Shown in pieces: positions 1 through 9,982 of a stretch of 64,000 nucleotides of DNA. Numbering within the stretch: position 1 is the stretch's first letter; every line of letters begins with the position of its first letter. Position numbers and translations under genes: made by a program. The notes beneath the pieces were generated by a model that searched no databases, had not been told where the DNA came from, and worked only from the letters and a program-made list of their open reading frames with translations. The DNA lies in sequence record NC_047880.1; one strand, written 5' to 3'.

Positions 1-1497
1 ATGGAAATGTTTTCGCTTGGCCTTGAAATCAGGGCCATCCGAACTATCACCAACTCTGATATAAAGTCTGCATACAGAACGGTCATGATGGGCCGTCTGT
101 CTGTTGCTCATTTCAGTAGTGAGGTCACTCGTAAGTCTTTCCGCCGTCTGTCTAAGATGGTAGAAGTACGAAACGAAATACTTGATTGGGAAGATTTGCT
201 GGAAGACCCGAACTTGGACGAAGAGTTCAGGGATAGTCTGCGTGAAGCAGATGAAGTACCAGCGAAAGGCATGAAAGGATTCGACAAGATATTCGACGCG
301 CTTGAGAAATACAGGCAGCGCCGTGATATCATGAACATCGGCAAGAAGATTGCAAAAGACTTTGAAGAAGCTGATACAGAAGACTTCGACGAACAGCTTT
401 ACATGCAGACGCTTGGCGATAAACTCAATCAAGCCCAGAAGGGCACACGCTCCACAGAAAAGGTTTGGACGTTTGGTGGCAAGAAGTCTAATGCTATGAA
501 ACTCGCCAAGCAAGTAATCAACAACCCGAAAGAAGTGATGTACAAGACTGGCTTTAAATCGTATGACGACAAGAACGGCGGTTGGCCTACTACTGGTGTC
601 GTACTGTTAGCTGGTTCTACTTCTGGCGGTAAGTCTGTGTTGTCTATGAACGTTGCAGACAACATGGCGAACATCAACGGTATTCACTGTTTGAAAGTGA
701 CACTTGAGATGACAGCCGAACAGGAAATGAAACGTATGCTCTCGATGATGAGTGGCATACCGTTCTGGAAGATCAAGCAGGGTAAACTGAGCGGTCGTGA
801 GAAGAAAGAACTTCTCAAAGCGATGGCGAAGTATGACAAAACAATCCGCAAGAACAAGGGACGTAACTCGTTTACCAGCCCAGAGCGCGGCATGTCGATT
901 GATGATGTGTTGTATATGTCTATCCCGTATGGCGTTCACGTAACCTTCATCGACTACGTTGGTCTGTTAGAAGGTATTGACAACGATAACCAGTGGCGCG
1001 AACTCTCGACAGTTGTTCGTAAAGCGAAAGTACATGCGAATGCGACAGGTCAGCTTGTTGTTATTCTGTGTCAGCTTGATGACCAGTCTGGTCGTATTCG
1101 TTACTCTGGCGGTATGCGTGAGCACGCCGACGTTGTGTGGGCTTGGAACTATTCAGACCCAGAAGTACGTGAAGGTAAGATCATTCCTGTTCAGGTAATG
1201 AAAGCGCGTGACGGCGAGCTGTTTGAAATGGCTCTGCAAGATGCGTTTGAAGTCATGCAAGTTAAAGACACGGCAGAAGGAACTGTGGTTCCTCAGAAAT
1301 CTTCTGCTATCGCTTCTGATGACGTCCCTTCTGGTAAAAAGAAATTCGGAAAAGGTAATTTCAAGAAAGATAAGATTGAGATTAAGAAGTCTCGTCGTGG
1401 TGCTGCTGCATTCCTTAGCACAGGTAATGAGCCTGATGACGAAGACGACGACCTTCCGAAGAAGAAGAAAAAGCGTAAGTCCTACGCTGTTTCATAA
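1..1497 (+). CDS. dnaB: DnaB-like replicative DNA helicase (5' end may extend beyond window)
   Basis: Walker A GSTSGGKS, SLEM-like TLEMT, Walker B FIDYVGLL, ILCQL and KARDG arginine-finger motifs; Lys-rich C-terminal tail. Confidence 0.85.
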   Translation: MEMFSLGLEIRAIRTITNSDIKSAYRTVMMGRLSVAHFSSEVTRKSFRRLSKMVEVRNEILDWEDLLEDPNLDEEFRDSLREADEVPAKGMKGFDKIFDALEKYRQRRDIMNIGKKIAKDFEEADTEDFDEQLYMQTLGDKLNQAQKGTRSTEKVWTFGGKKSNAMKLAKQVINNPKEVMYKTGFKSYDDKNGGWPTTGVVLLAGSTSGGKSVLSMNVADNMANINGIHCLKVTLEMTAEQEMKRMLSMMSGIPFWKIKQGKLSGREKKELLKAMAKYDKTIRKNKGRNSFTSPERGMSIDDVLYMSIPYGVHVTFIDYVGLLEGIDNDNQWRELSTVVRKAKVHANATGQLVVILCQLDDQSGRIRYSGGMREHADVVWAWNYSDPEVREGKIIPVQVMKARDGELFEMALQDAFEVMQVKDTAEGTVVPQKSSAIASDDVPSGKKKFGKGNFKKDKIEIKKSRRGAAAFLSTGNEPDDEDDDLPKKKKKRKSYAVS

Positions 1498-1506
1498 GGA
1501 GTCCGT

Positions 1507-1767
1507 ATGGACGTCGATTCAATCGAGTGGCTTCCGTTTGATAAAGCTGCTCAGGAAAACATAGACAAAGATTTCGTCTATTACATACGCACCAGGGACG
1601 GTGCAGTATATTCTGGCATGTATCCCAATTACATTGGCTTCCACTGTCAGAACCCTGGAGAGGGTCGTCGCGTAGCAATGTCTGACGTTACAGACTATTC
1701 GCAACAAATGTCGTTCGACGATCACGCAGACGAGTTTGTATTCGGTCATGACAACAAAAAAGTTTGA
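1507..1767 (+). CDS. hypothetical protein
   Basis: AAGGAG RBS, tightly packed ORF. Confidence 0.6.
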   Translation: MDVDSIEWLPFDKAAQENIDKDFVYYIRTRDGAVYSGMYPNYIGFHCQNPGEGRRVAMSDVTDYSQQMSFDDHADEFVFGHDNKKV

Positions 1768-2551
1768 AGGACCGTACGGCCTCGTTGAGACTGCCCAACT
1801 AATTCCCCGCTGGACTTACCCGATCAAGCACGGTCAGGTGAAGAGTGTTGATGCGTGGGAATTAAATACGTTAGAAAACATTGTAACGCCTGTTCGCATG
1901 ATCAACGATATTCATGTGATGCACAACAGAGAGTATGAGGACAATGAAGATGCAATCGACCTCGACGAAGACGCAGAAGCGCTGTCAAAGACTGAATCAA
2001 GACTTCTTATCAAGCCTCGACTCAATCAAATCCGAGCGCGTGGCAAGCAAGATCACATTAGTCCTGAAAACGTCTTCGACGTTGACTCGGAAGTAATCGA
2101 TCAAACGATAGACACAATCAACGATCAGGCTGCGAAGTTCCGCAAGCACTTCTTAGATTCAGTGTTTAGTCCAATACTTGGTTACGACATTGCTGCGGGT
2201 GAAGCCGAAGCGATTGCGCGTGACTGTCTTAAAACCGACTTAGAGATCGACAGCGAACTCGTTCCGTATATCGAACGTATCGGACTTGCCAACATCATCG
2301 GCAGTATGATGGAAGAAAGCAAGTCAGTGCCCGAAGCTGTTCGTGCTGACGTACTCAAAGACTGGCTTATCAAGTCGTTCGATGATATTCGTGCAGACCT
2401 CAAAGGCGATAAAACTTTCCACAAGATGAAAGCGCAGATGCGCAGACTGATGCACGGCAATGATGAACTCGTTGCTAAAGGTACAGGCATCGGTACAACT
2501 CGTGGTATGTCAGAAGTGAGAAACAGACAAAAAGAAAATGGCCAAGCCTAA
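1748..2551 (+). CDS. hypothetical protein directly upstream of terminase (small-terminase candidate by position only)
   Basis: ORF 1736-2551, likely ATG at 1748; overlaps terL start. Confidence 0.55.
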   Translation: MTTKKFEGPYGLVETAQLIPRWTYPIKHGQVKSVDAWELNTLENIVTPVRMINDIHVMHNREYEDNEDAIDLDEDAEALSKTESRLLIKPRLNQIRARGKQDHISPENVFDVDSEVIDQTIDTINDQAAKFRKHFLDSVFSPILGYDIAAGEAEAIARDCLKTDLEIDSELVPYIERIGLANIIGSMMEESKSVPEAVRADVLKDWLIKSFDDIRADLKGDKTFHKMKAQMRRLMHGNDELVAKGTGIGTTRGMSEVRNRQKENGQA

Positions 2552-5369
2552 GAAGGGCCCCGCCTTCACACTACGTCCTAAACGAATAGCTGCATTCGAT
2601 GCGCTGCTTGGTGACGACGTTGGTGTGGAGGAATCCTCAGACTTAGACTTCCTGTCTGATAATAATTCAAGCGGTATTAACTTCCTTGAGAAGGGCGAGA
2701 CAAACATTGTTGACTTGGTTGAGAGTGCTCTTGAACAGCGCACACTCGTACCACGCGACTTGAAGTTCGATGATAGCTCAATGCCTCGCGCAAAGAACTT
2801 CCTCGAATGGTGTACTAGCCCTGACTTCTTGAAAGCTGAACCGTATCTTGAGCAGGCCATGATCGGCCTTCGTTTGTTCGGAGAGATCTGTGTACGATGT
2901 TCCCCGAACTTGCAATGGCAACATACAGAAAACCACGAGCCGCAGGAAGGCGTCGCTGCTATTGAGAGGAATCTTCATCTTCTCCATAACGGTGTCTGCC
3001 CTCACTGCGGCGCTCGGCGTTCTGACATGATAAAAAAGGGAGAGATGAACTTCTACAACGAGCTGGCCGTGAATGCCGGACAACGTTGTGTTAGTGCTGC
3101 AACTCCTGTAACAACGCATAACGGTATCATGCCTATCGGTCATATGATGATTGGCCATGACAGCCCAGGCTTCCACAAGCCGCGTAACAAGTATCGTGCT
3201 CACAACGGACGTGAGATAAAGAAAGTCAGTCAAGTCTACGTGTCTACTGAAAGCCCGACACGTATCATTACGCTGTCTAATGGTATGCACTTAGAAGCAA
3301 CACACGAACATCCTCTGCGTACTGAAACAGGCTTTAAGAAAGCGCTTGTGATCACAGAAGGTGAACGTGTAGAAGTTGCTCTCGGTATAAACTCATGGGG
3401 CAAGATCATAACGCCTGTATCTATCTATGATGCTGGCCAGTCTACCCGTGAAGATGCCTTGCGTTATCTGACTGACAGATCGCTTCCGTTTAACAGCGGT
3501 TATATGTACGTCACTGACGACGAGAACGTTGCTCAGATGGCGTGGTCGATTCTGATTAACGCAGGCTACCTGCCGCAGATTAATCGTGACGACACGAAGA
3601 ACGAGTACAGCATTCTGTTTGATCTCAATGCAGAGTGTTTGAGACGTTCTGTGCATCTGCCTGTGATATCGAATGCAGAAGGTGAAACGAAAGTAACGTA
3701 TGACTTGCAGATGGAGGGCATGCCGCAGTTCGTGGCATCAGGTCTTATTCATCATAACAGCGGTAAGTCCGTTGTTGTTGCAATGATCTCAACGTATCTA
3801 ACGCATCGCCTGCTTATGTCGCAATCACCGACAGGCATCTTGGGTATCAGTAGCACAACTGTTCTTCACGGAACGTTCGTTGCTCTTACTCAGAAGCAAG
3901 CGTCTGATACACTGTGGACTCCGTACTTCAACTACGTGATGGGTAGTCCGTGGTTCCAAGCATATCATGATCTGATTCGCAGACACGAACGCAAGTTCGG
4001 TATTGAAGTGATGAAGGTTCGTGATACGTTCATTCTTTATGGTCATCGTAGTTTCGTTATTTATCCAGCAGGACCTGATGGTCGTATTCTTCGTGGTCGT
4101 ACACGTATACTCAGCGTAATCGACGAAGTGGCGTATTTCGACAACGACGCCCAATCCAAGAAAATCAAAGTCAGTGCCAACGCTGTATACGGAGCACTCG
4201 ACCGCTCACTCGCTACTGTTCGATCAGCAGAGAAGCGGCAAGTCGAGGCCGGATATGACGAAGCCTTCACGGGTTACTTCTGCAACATCAGTAGCCCGGT
4301 ACACGCTCGTGACAAAATCAACGAGCTGTTGCGTATGGCTTTAGGTAGTAAGACTCTGTTAGGCATTCATGCACCGACGTGGAAGATGAACCCAACCATG
4401 CCGCGTGATAGTGAGTTCCTGATAGAAGCATTCCGTCGTGACCCTGTAGGTGCAGCGCGTGACTATGGTGCAGAAGCTCCGTTGTCTGCAAGTCCATTCA
4501 TCACTCAGCCTACATTCATCTCAGATGCAATACGTGAGAAGGGTCGTAACCTGTGTCAGTACACGCATCATATCATTCGTCACAAAGACGGTGAGAGACA
4601 GCGTTACGGTAGTCTCGTTAAAGCTGCTTCGACAACTCGCGCTTCTATTCTCGCAATCGACGCAGGTTATTCGAATAACAGTTTTGCTTTGGTGACAGGC
4701 TCACGCGGTGATGATGGTATTATCAGCGTAGACTGTCTGGTTGAGATTGTGCCTAAGCCAGGTATACCTCTCAACTACACAATGATATTTGACGAACTGC
4801 TTATTCCTCTTTGTAAGTTGCGTAACGTGCGCGTGATGCTTGCCGACCAATGGCAGTCACTCAAGTTGCTACAGGATGCTAAACTCAAAGTTGAATCCAT
4901 CGAAGAATCTGATCAATACAGCCTGAAATATCAGGACATGTGGACAGTGAAGACGATGTTCGAATCGCAGCCGTCTCGCATTAGTTTGCCGCGCATGGTG
5001 AATACTAAGAATATCAATGAGACGTTGCAGTATGATGGTGATGAATATCCTCAGTGCTTTGAGAACAAGCCTACTGAACACTTGATCATGCAGTTGCAGA
5101 CAGTGCAAGATACTGGACGCAGCGTTATCAAGAACACAGGTGCAACAGATGACTTGTGGCGTGCAATGGCTCTCATGGTATACGGGTTCGAATGCGGTGA
5201 GTACGAAGACTACCTGATTAAAGCAGCGGAGACTTCTATCAACCGTGACCCGAATCGTCTTGGTCGTGTAGCGCACAGACTCAACTCAGGCACAGCAAGC
5301 ACAACACGCTCTGCTCTTCCTGGTCGAGTGCTAGGTTCAGCCGCTACTCGTATGCTTGGACGTAAGTAG
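2538..5369 (+). CDS. terL: terminase large subunit containing an intein
   Basis: After splicing Walker A reads NAGQR|SGKS; Walker B VIDEVAYF; coupling motif ISSP; RNase-H-like nuclease LAIDAG and terminal DDLWRA; followed by portal. Confidence 0.85.
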   Translation: MAKPKKGPAFTLRPKRIAAFDALLGDDVGVEESSDLDFLSDNNSSGINFLEKGETNIVDLVESALEQRTLVPRDLKFDDSSMPRAKNFLEWCTSPDFLKAEPYLEQAMIGLRLFGEICVRCSPNLQWQHTENHEPQEGVAAIERNLHLLHNGVCPHCGARRSDMIKKGEMNFYNELAVNAGQRCVSAATPVTTHNGIMPIGHMMIGHDSPGFHKPRNKYRAHNGREIKKVSQVYVSTESPTRIITLSNGMHLEATHEHPLRTETGFKKALVITEGERVEVALGINSWGKIITPVSIYDAGQSTREDALRYLTDRSLPFNSGYMYVTDDENVAQMAWSILINAGYLPQINRDDTKNEYSILFDLNAECLRRSVHLPVISNAEGETKVTYDLQMEGMPQFVASGLIHHNSGKSVVVAMISTYLTHRLLMSQSPTGILGISSTTVLHGTFVALTQKQASDTLWTPYFNYVMGSPWFQAYHDLIRRHERKFGIEVMKVRDTFILYGHRSFVIYPAGPDGRILRGRTRILSVIDEVAYFDNDAQSKKIKVSANAVYGALDRSLATVRSAEKRQVEAGYDEAFTGYFCNISSPVHARDKINELLRMALGSKTLLGIHAPTWKMNPTMPRDSEFLIEAFRRDPVGAARDYGAEAPLSASPFITQPTFISDAIREKGRNLCQYTHHIIRHKDGERQRYGSLVKAASTTRASILAIDAGYSNNSFALVTGSRGDDGIISVDCLVEIVPKPGIPLNYTMIFDELLIPLCKLRNVRVMLADQWQSLKLLQDAKLKVESIEESDQYSLKYQDMWTVKTMFESQPSRISLPRMVNTKNINETLQYDGDEYPQCFENKPTEHLIMQLQTVQDTGRSVIKNTGATDDLWRAMALMVYGFECGEYEDYLIKAAETSINRDPNRLGRVAHRLNSGTASTTRSALPGRVLGSAATRMLGRK
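3087..3758 (+). mobile_element. 224-aa intein in terminase Walker A, endonuclease degenerate
   Basis: Begins CVSAATPV (block A), has ATHEHPL (block B), ends GLIHHN followed by Ser +1; no intact LAGLIDADG pair. Confidence 0.9.
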
Positions 5370-5377
5370 GTTAGCTT

Positions 5378-5385
5378 AGTAATTT
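5378..5385 (+). promoter_or_regulatory. AGTAATTT motif upstream of Zn-ribbon/portal genes
   Basis: Intergenic; the motif recurs before several operons. Confidence 0.45.
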
Positions 5386-5415
5386 GAATGAGTTAACCTC
5401 AAGAGGATTTAAATC

Positions 5416-5628
5416 ATGACCAGATTCTACAACCCATTGCTTGAAACAACTGTAAAGTCACAGTCTAGCGCAGACAAGGTTAAGAGTGAGAGTTCAGCAT
5501 TCAATGTTGATAACCCGAACTTCTGTCCTAAGTGCGCTTCTGCAACTGTACCGACCAAGTTACTTGACGGCGAAGATGTTATGTATTGCACATCATGCCG
5601 CGTGAGTCTTGCTATTCCTTTGAAGTGA
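5416..5628 (+). CDS. small zinc-ribbon protein
   Basis: CPKC...CTSC pairs; GAGGA RBS. Confidence 0.7.
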   Translation: MTRFYNPLLETTVKSQSSADKVKSESSAFNVDNPNFCPKCASATVPTKLLDGEDVMYCTSCRVSLAIPLK

Positions 5629-5635
5629 GGTCAAA

Positions 5636-7576
5636 ATGGGCATTCGAGTAGGACGCCAACAAAACGGCGAATCACAAGAATCAAACAAGAAGAAAGAACG
5701 GTCAGCGACTGGTTCTGCTTCACTACCTCGCGCAGTCGGAGAAGCTATACGAAGCCAAAGCTCGAAGTCTCAGATGCGTTTTGTGTCAGAGTCTTCGGGC
5801 GCGGGTGCTTCTGCTGGTAACATGCAAGTAGGTACTGTCCCTCTTGATATCGACTTAGAGCCGATGATGGAAGGGATGGACTACGAGGCTGATGACCGAC
5901 AGCTTTTCAACGTCTATCGAGATATTTACCACTTCGACCCGATCTGCGGATCGTATGTCGATTTGTTCTCAACGCTTCCGTTCTCTGACGTTAGTTTCAG
6001 TGGTGCGAAAGACAGCGTACTCGAACCGTATTACGAAGTGAACGAACGTCTGTCACTGACAACCAGTATGCCTAACATCACAACTGATATTCAGGTTACT
6101 GGTGCGTTCTGTGGTTCGATGCTGTACAACAAAGATCGTAAGAAGTTCATCGATCTAATGACGCACCGCTACGATAACATTGACGTTACTCCAATCCCGT
6201 TCTTGTCGCAGGACCCGATGTTCGAACTGCGCATTCCACAGTACGTTAAGCAAGCCTTCGCAAAAGACGGCAAGCGCATTGACGCACTAAAGAAAGAACT
6301 CGGTCAGTCATTCGTTGATAAACTTGTTAACGATGTGACGATGGAGCTTGACCCGATTGGTACTATCTACATCCCGCGTAAAACATTCAGCTTCGGCGAA
6401 GGTATCTCTGTCTTCCGTCGCGTTCTGCCTATCTGGCTGATCGAAAAGAACCTGTATCGCGGTACGTTGATTGAATCCGGTCGTCGTCAACGTGGTATTC
6501 TTCACGCTCAGTTAGGTGATGGTGATCAGTGGGAACCTTCTCAAGAAGAGATGGACTTCATGACAGACCTGTTGCTGTCTGCTGATAGTGACCCAATCGG
6601 CTCGATCATCACAACACGTCTCGGCGTGAACATTAGTGAGTTCCGTCAGGGTGGGGACTTCTGGAAGATTACTGATATCTGGGACCAGACTGCTACATTC
6701 AAGATGCGAGCAATGGGTATCAGTGAAGCATTCCTTAGTGGTGAAGCGAACTATGATTCCGGTGCTGCTGGCCTGACGATTTTCGTTGAAGCTATGCGAG
6801 CGTTCCGTGATCATCTGACGCGCAAGATCTACTACGAGAAAGTATTCCCTGTTATCAGCCTGATGAATGGCCTTGCTGTTCAGCGTAACGGTAAGATCAT
6901 CAAGAAGAACGGTATGATGGACGGCGGTCTAACTGAAATCATGTACAGACTGAATGACGGCAGCAAGCTGTTTATTCCGAACGTACACTGGTCTAAGCAA
7001 CTGCGTCCTGACGTTGATCAGGCGATGATGGAAAACCTTCGTGCTATGACTGAGCTGGGTGTTCCTGTTCCGCTTCGTGCTATCGCTGCTGCTGGTGGTT
7101 ATAACTTTGATCAGATTCTCATGGATCAAGATGAAGACCTCGCAATGCGCCGTAAGATTATGGCGTATAAGAAACGCATGGCAGAAATCGACAAAGAGTT
7201 TGCTCTGCCTGAAGGTGGCGCAGAAGGTGCTGATAGTTTCAGTTCTGTTAGCTCTCTGTCTAAAGATGCGAAGCGCGATCTCAAACGCCGTCAGCAACAC
7301 ATCGCTGGTGTGGGTCTGTCAAGTGCTGTACTTGGCGGTGAACGTCGTAAAGGCTTGAAGCGCGACTACGGTGAGCACTCTGAAATCTTCGAAGTCGGTA
7401 AGACAGGTAAGAAGAAACACGTCTTCCGCCAGAACGTTGCTAACTCCAAAGCTAACGATGCAATCTGGAAAGCTGCGAAGAACTACGAAGCCAACAAAAC
7501 AATGCCGCTGGATAATGGTAAGGTATCATTCGAACCAACTCAGCAAGAAATTAGGGCAATGTCGAGGGTCCGTTAA
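5636..7576 (+). CDS. portal protein (T4 gp20-like)
   Basis: 646 aa, follows terL; GRRQRGILHAQLGD resembles the gp20 RAPERRIFYIDVGN segment. Confidence 0.65.
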   Translation: MGIRVGRQQNGESQESNKKKERSATGSASLPRAVGEAIRSQSSKSQMRFVSESSGAGASAGNMQVGTVPLDIDLEPMMEGMDYEADDRQLFNVYRDIYHFDPICGSYVDLFSTLPFSDVSFSGAKDSVLEPYYEVNERLSLTTSMPNITTDIQVTGAFCGSMLYNKDRKKFIDLMTHRYDNIDVTPIPFLSQDPMFELRIPQYVKQAFAKDGKRIDALKKELGQSFVDKLVNDVTMELDPIGTIYIPRKTFSFGEGISVFRRVLPIWLIEKNLYRGTLIESGRRQRGILHAQLGDGDQWEPSQEEMDFMTDLLLSADSDPIGSIITTRLGVNISEFRQGGDFWKITDIWDQTATFKMRAMGISEAFLSGEANYDSGAAGLTIFVEAMRAFRDHLTRKIYYEKVFPVISLMNGLAVQRNGKIIKKNGMMDGGLTEIMYRLNDGSKLFIPNVHWSKQLRPDVDQAMMENLRAMTELGVPVPLRAIAAAGGYNFDQILMDQDEDLAMRRKIMAYKKRMAEIDKEFALPEGGAEGADSFSSVSSLSKDAKRDLKRRQQHIAGVGLSSAVLGGERRKGLKRDYGEHSEIFEVGKTGKKKHVFRQNVANSKANDAIWKAAKNYEANKTMPLDNGKVSFEPTQQEIRAMSRVR

Positions 7577-7914
7577 TGTATCGCTTTCAAACATGTCCTG
7601 TTGAAGGTGAAGCGACGAGGGTGGTGTATCGCCACCCTAACTTCTCCGATTATGGTCTTGCGTTAAACGTTGATCGTGATGGTGAGCAGGATTCCATTAC
7701 GTGTAACATCGTTACTGGTGTAATTGATGGTCAGTCAAAGCTTGAAATACTGACGGATCACTCAGTTCCGCTTGATGTGCAAATCTGGGCTTTTGCAGCC
7801 ATGAACCGCATACGCAATTCTGTAAATACAGATAGCAGTCTCAATCTTGATGCGCTATTCCCAAACAATGGCGGCATCTTATATTATACCGTAAATCAGG
7901 AGAGTACATCGTGA
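7576..7914 (+). CDS. hypothetical protein
   Basis: TAATG coupling to portal stop. Confidence 0.6.
   Translation: MYRFQTCPVEGEATRVVYRHPNFSDYGLALNVDRDGEQDSITCNIVTGVIDGQSKLEILTDHSVPLDVQIWAFAAMNRIRNSVNTDSSLNLDALFPNNGGILYYTVNQESTS
7819..7828 (+). promoter_or_regulatory. CTGTAAATA motif
   Basis: Recurrent motif; here intragenic, about 85 nt upstream of the next start. Confidence 0.3.
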
Positions 7915-8294
7915 GTGGATTATTCCCGCACAACGTTGTTGAACAGAAAGAAGGTTTCGTTTTCATCGTTGCGCCTGCTGACGAAGACGACGAAAATGCA
8001 GTAGAGCTTGCCTCACAGGCTCAGTCAATCCTCGAAGATAGCTGGCAGCAAGCGCCTTCGAATTTGACAGCGGAAGAAGTGCGCGATCCTGAAGAAGCAG
8101 AACTGATCTACGCAGACGCGGTTCAGTTGCTGGAAGAAGCAGACTTCGAAGAGTGTGCTCAGTTCTTAATCACAGGCGTCATCGTCATCGGCAAGCTGGT
8201 AATCGTTAACGCGATCATGGCCGGCGAAGATATCGAAGACGAAGAGGGTGATGAAGATGATTCCCTTGAGGCCGACGAAGACGACTTCGCCTAA
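7911..8294 (+). CDS. highly acidic hypothetical protein
   Basis: GTG start with AGGAG RBS; D/E-rich. Confidence 0.65.
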   Translation: MSGLFPHNVVEQKEGFVFIVAPADEDDENAVELASQAQSILEDSWQQAPSNLTAEEVRDPEEAELIYADAVQLLEEADFEECAQFLITGVIVIGKLVIVNAIMAGEDIEDEEGDEDDSLEADEDDFA

Positions 8295-8300
8295 TGTTTG

Positions 8301-8326
8301 TAGAGAGGATCTTCGGGTCCTCTCTA
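8301..8326 (+). terminator. strong hairpin with C(UUCG)G loop
   Basis: TAGAGAGGATC-TTCG-GGTCCTCTCTA; lacks a long U tract. Confidence 0.55.
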
Positions 8327-8337
8327 ATCTTACAGAC

Positions 8338-8460
8338 ATGAACGTTGTGTTAGCAGTGAAGTATCTTGCGAACATGCCTCACGACAAAGCGAAAGCATTG
8401 CTTGCATCACTGCGTAATGAGGAAGTAACTCAACTCTACAACTTCTCGGTACCACAATGA
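8338..8460 (+). CDS. small hypothetical protein (40 aa)
   Basis: Likely start ATG 8338; ATGA overlap with next gene. Confidence 0.4.
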   Translation: MNVVLAVKYLANMPHDKAKALLASLRNEEVTQLYNFSVPQ

Positions 8461-8945
8461 CTACACTCAATGAGGAGCAATCCTCAGATAGCGCAAGGCA
8501 TCGCATCTTTTTCCGGCAGCCGAAACGAGTACCCTCCTTCGATACAGCTTTCATAAATGCTTCTCACAAAGAAGGTATGAAGCTGCTTCTCTCGGCTGCT
8601 CCTGAACATTGTCAGATCATTGTGTTCACGAACGGCATCGGTGCTGCTTACGCCATGAAACGCCTCTTTAAGCGAAACTTCCATCTGAATTCTTTTGCTC
8701 TGCAATACGATCTGCGCACTCTAACGTTCACAGGTCAGGTCGCATATCAGTTCGTATGCGGTGGCTCTGTGCGTGACCCGTTATCTCGTTACTTCTGTGC
8801 TGGTGATTCTTACTTGCATGAGATGGGTCAAAGTACACCCGGTTCCGAAGACGTGATTGATATGTTCTGCCTCGGTCAGAAGTTTCATGATGCGTTAGTT
8901 AAAAGAGGACGTGGGCGCTCTCTCGTATTTGCGGAGGAACAATGA
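8457..8945 (+). CDS. hypothetical protein
   Basis: Coupled ORF. Confidence 0.6.
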   Translation: MTTLNEEQSSDSARHRIFFRQPKRVPSFDTAFINASHKEGMKLLLSAAPEHCQIIVFTNGIGAAYAMKRLFKRNFHLNSFALQYDLRTLTFTGQVAYQFVCGGSVRDPLSRYFCAGDSYLHEMGQSTPGSEDVIDMFCLGQKFHDALVKRGRGRSLVFAEEQ

Positions 8946-9973
8946 GTAGATCATTTGACTCGATAGGCAAGACGCCTACACCAGGGTCAGGTATCCCACC
9001 AATGAAGATTAAGTACGGTAAGAAGCCTATGCTTCACATCGTTGATGCTTCGAACTGGATGTGTCGTGCGTACTTCGCTACACAGAAATATCCAACGTAT
9101 GCAAAAGACGGTACGCCTACTTACGGCCTGCGCCAGTTTTTGTTCATGGCTCAGACGTTAATCGACATTGCAAACAAAGACCCGAACGGTCCATACTTAG
9201 CTTTCTGCTTCGACCCAGGTTCTAACGAAACGTGGCGTTACCGTGCTATTCAGCAATGGGCAGAAGATAAGAAAAAGAAATACATTCGTCAGGTGTTTCC
9301 CAAGAGCAGCGACTATAAGGGCAATCGTGATCGCTCTAAAACGCAAGAGCTTGGGATTCAGATGACGATGGCTCGGGACATTCTATCACACGCTGGTTAT
9401 TACGTTGGACTTAAACGTCCTTACGAGTGTGATGATATTGTCGGTACGTTGAGCGACCGCTTCAAGCTTGATTACTTGATCAAGCTGTATTCGCGTGATA
9501 AAGACTACGTGCAACTTGTAGACGACAAGAACGTTGAGCTTATCATGCAAGCACAGTCGAATGCAGAAGAACGTCGGTTCACACTCAAAACATCGAGAGA
9601 CTTCTTCGGCGTGCCTGCTAACCGTGTCATTGATATGCTTGCTCTGTGTGGTGATGGTGTGGATAACGTGCCAGGACTTCCTGGTATGGGTGAGAAGACT
9701 GCGACTGCACTTATTCATAAGTACGGAAGTGCTCTCGAAATCCGTGACGCATTGCTCAGTGGTAAACTCAAATCCAACGCATCTTGGGCGAAAGCACTTA
9801 CGCTCAAACAACCTGCGATGGACATAGAACTGATGCTAGAGCTGGTGACGATTGATCGTAACGTCCCGACTCTGCCTCAATCAATCGAAGCGTTCAGCCC
9901 TAAAGCTGCAAACAACATTGTCCTCAAACAATTGAAGAAACAGCTTGGTCTGAAAAAACTACTACACGTCTAG
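8942..9973 (+). CDS. 5'-3' exonuclease / flap endonuclease (Pol I N-terminal domain, RNase H-like)
   Basis: IVDASN, ECDDIVGTL, SRDKDYVQL, GDGVDNVPGLPGMGEKTA (H3TH) motifs. Confidence 0.9.
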   Translation: MSRSFDSIGKTPTPGSGIPPMKIKYGKKPMLHIVDASNWMCRAYFATQKYPTYAKDGTPTYGLRQFLFMAQTLIDIANKDPNGPYLAFCFDPGSNETWRYRAIQQWAEDKKKKYIRQVFPKSSDYKGNRDRSKTQELGIQMTMARDILSHAGYYVGLKRPYECDDIVGTLSDRFKLDYLIKLYSRDKDYVQLVDDKNVELIMQAQSNAEERRFTLKTSRDFFGVPANRVIDMLALCGDGVDNVPGLPGMGEKTATALIHKYGSALEIRDALLSGKLKSNASWAKALTLKQPAMDIELMLELVTIDRNVPTLPQSIEAFSPKAANNIVLKQLKKQLGLKKLLHV

Positions 9974-9982
9974 AGGTTCACT

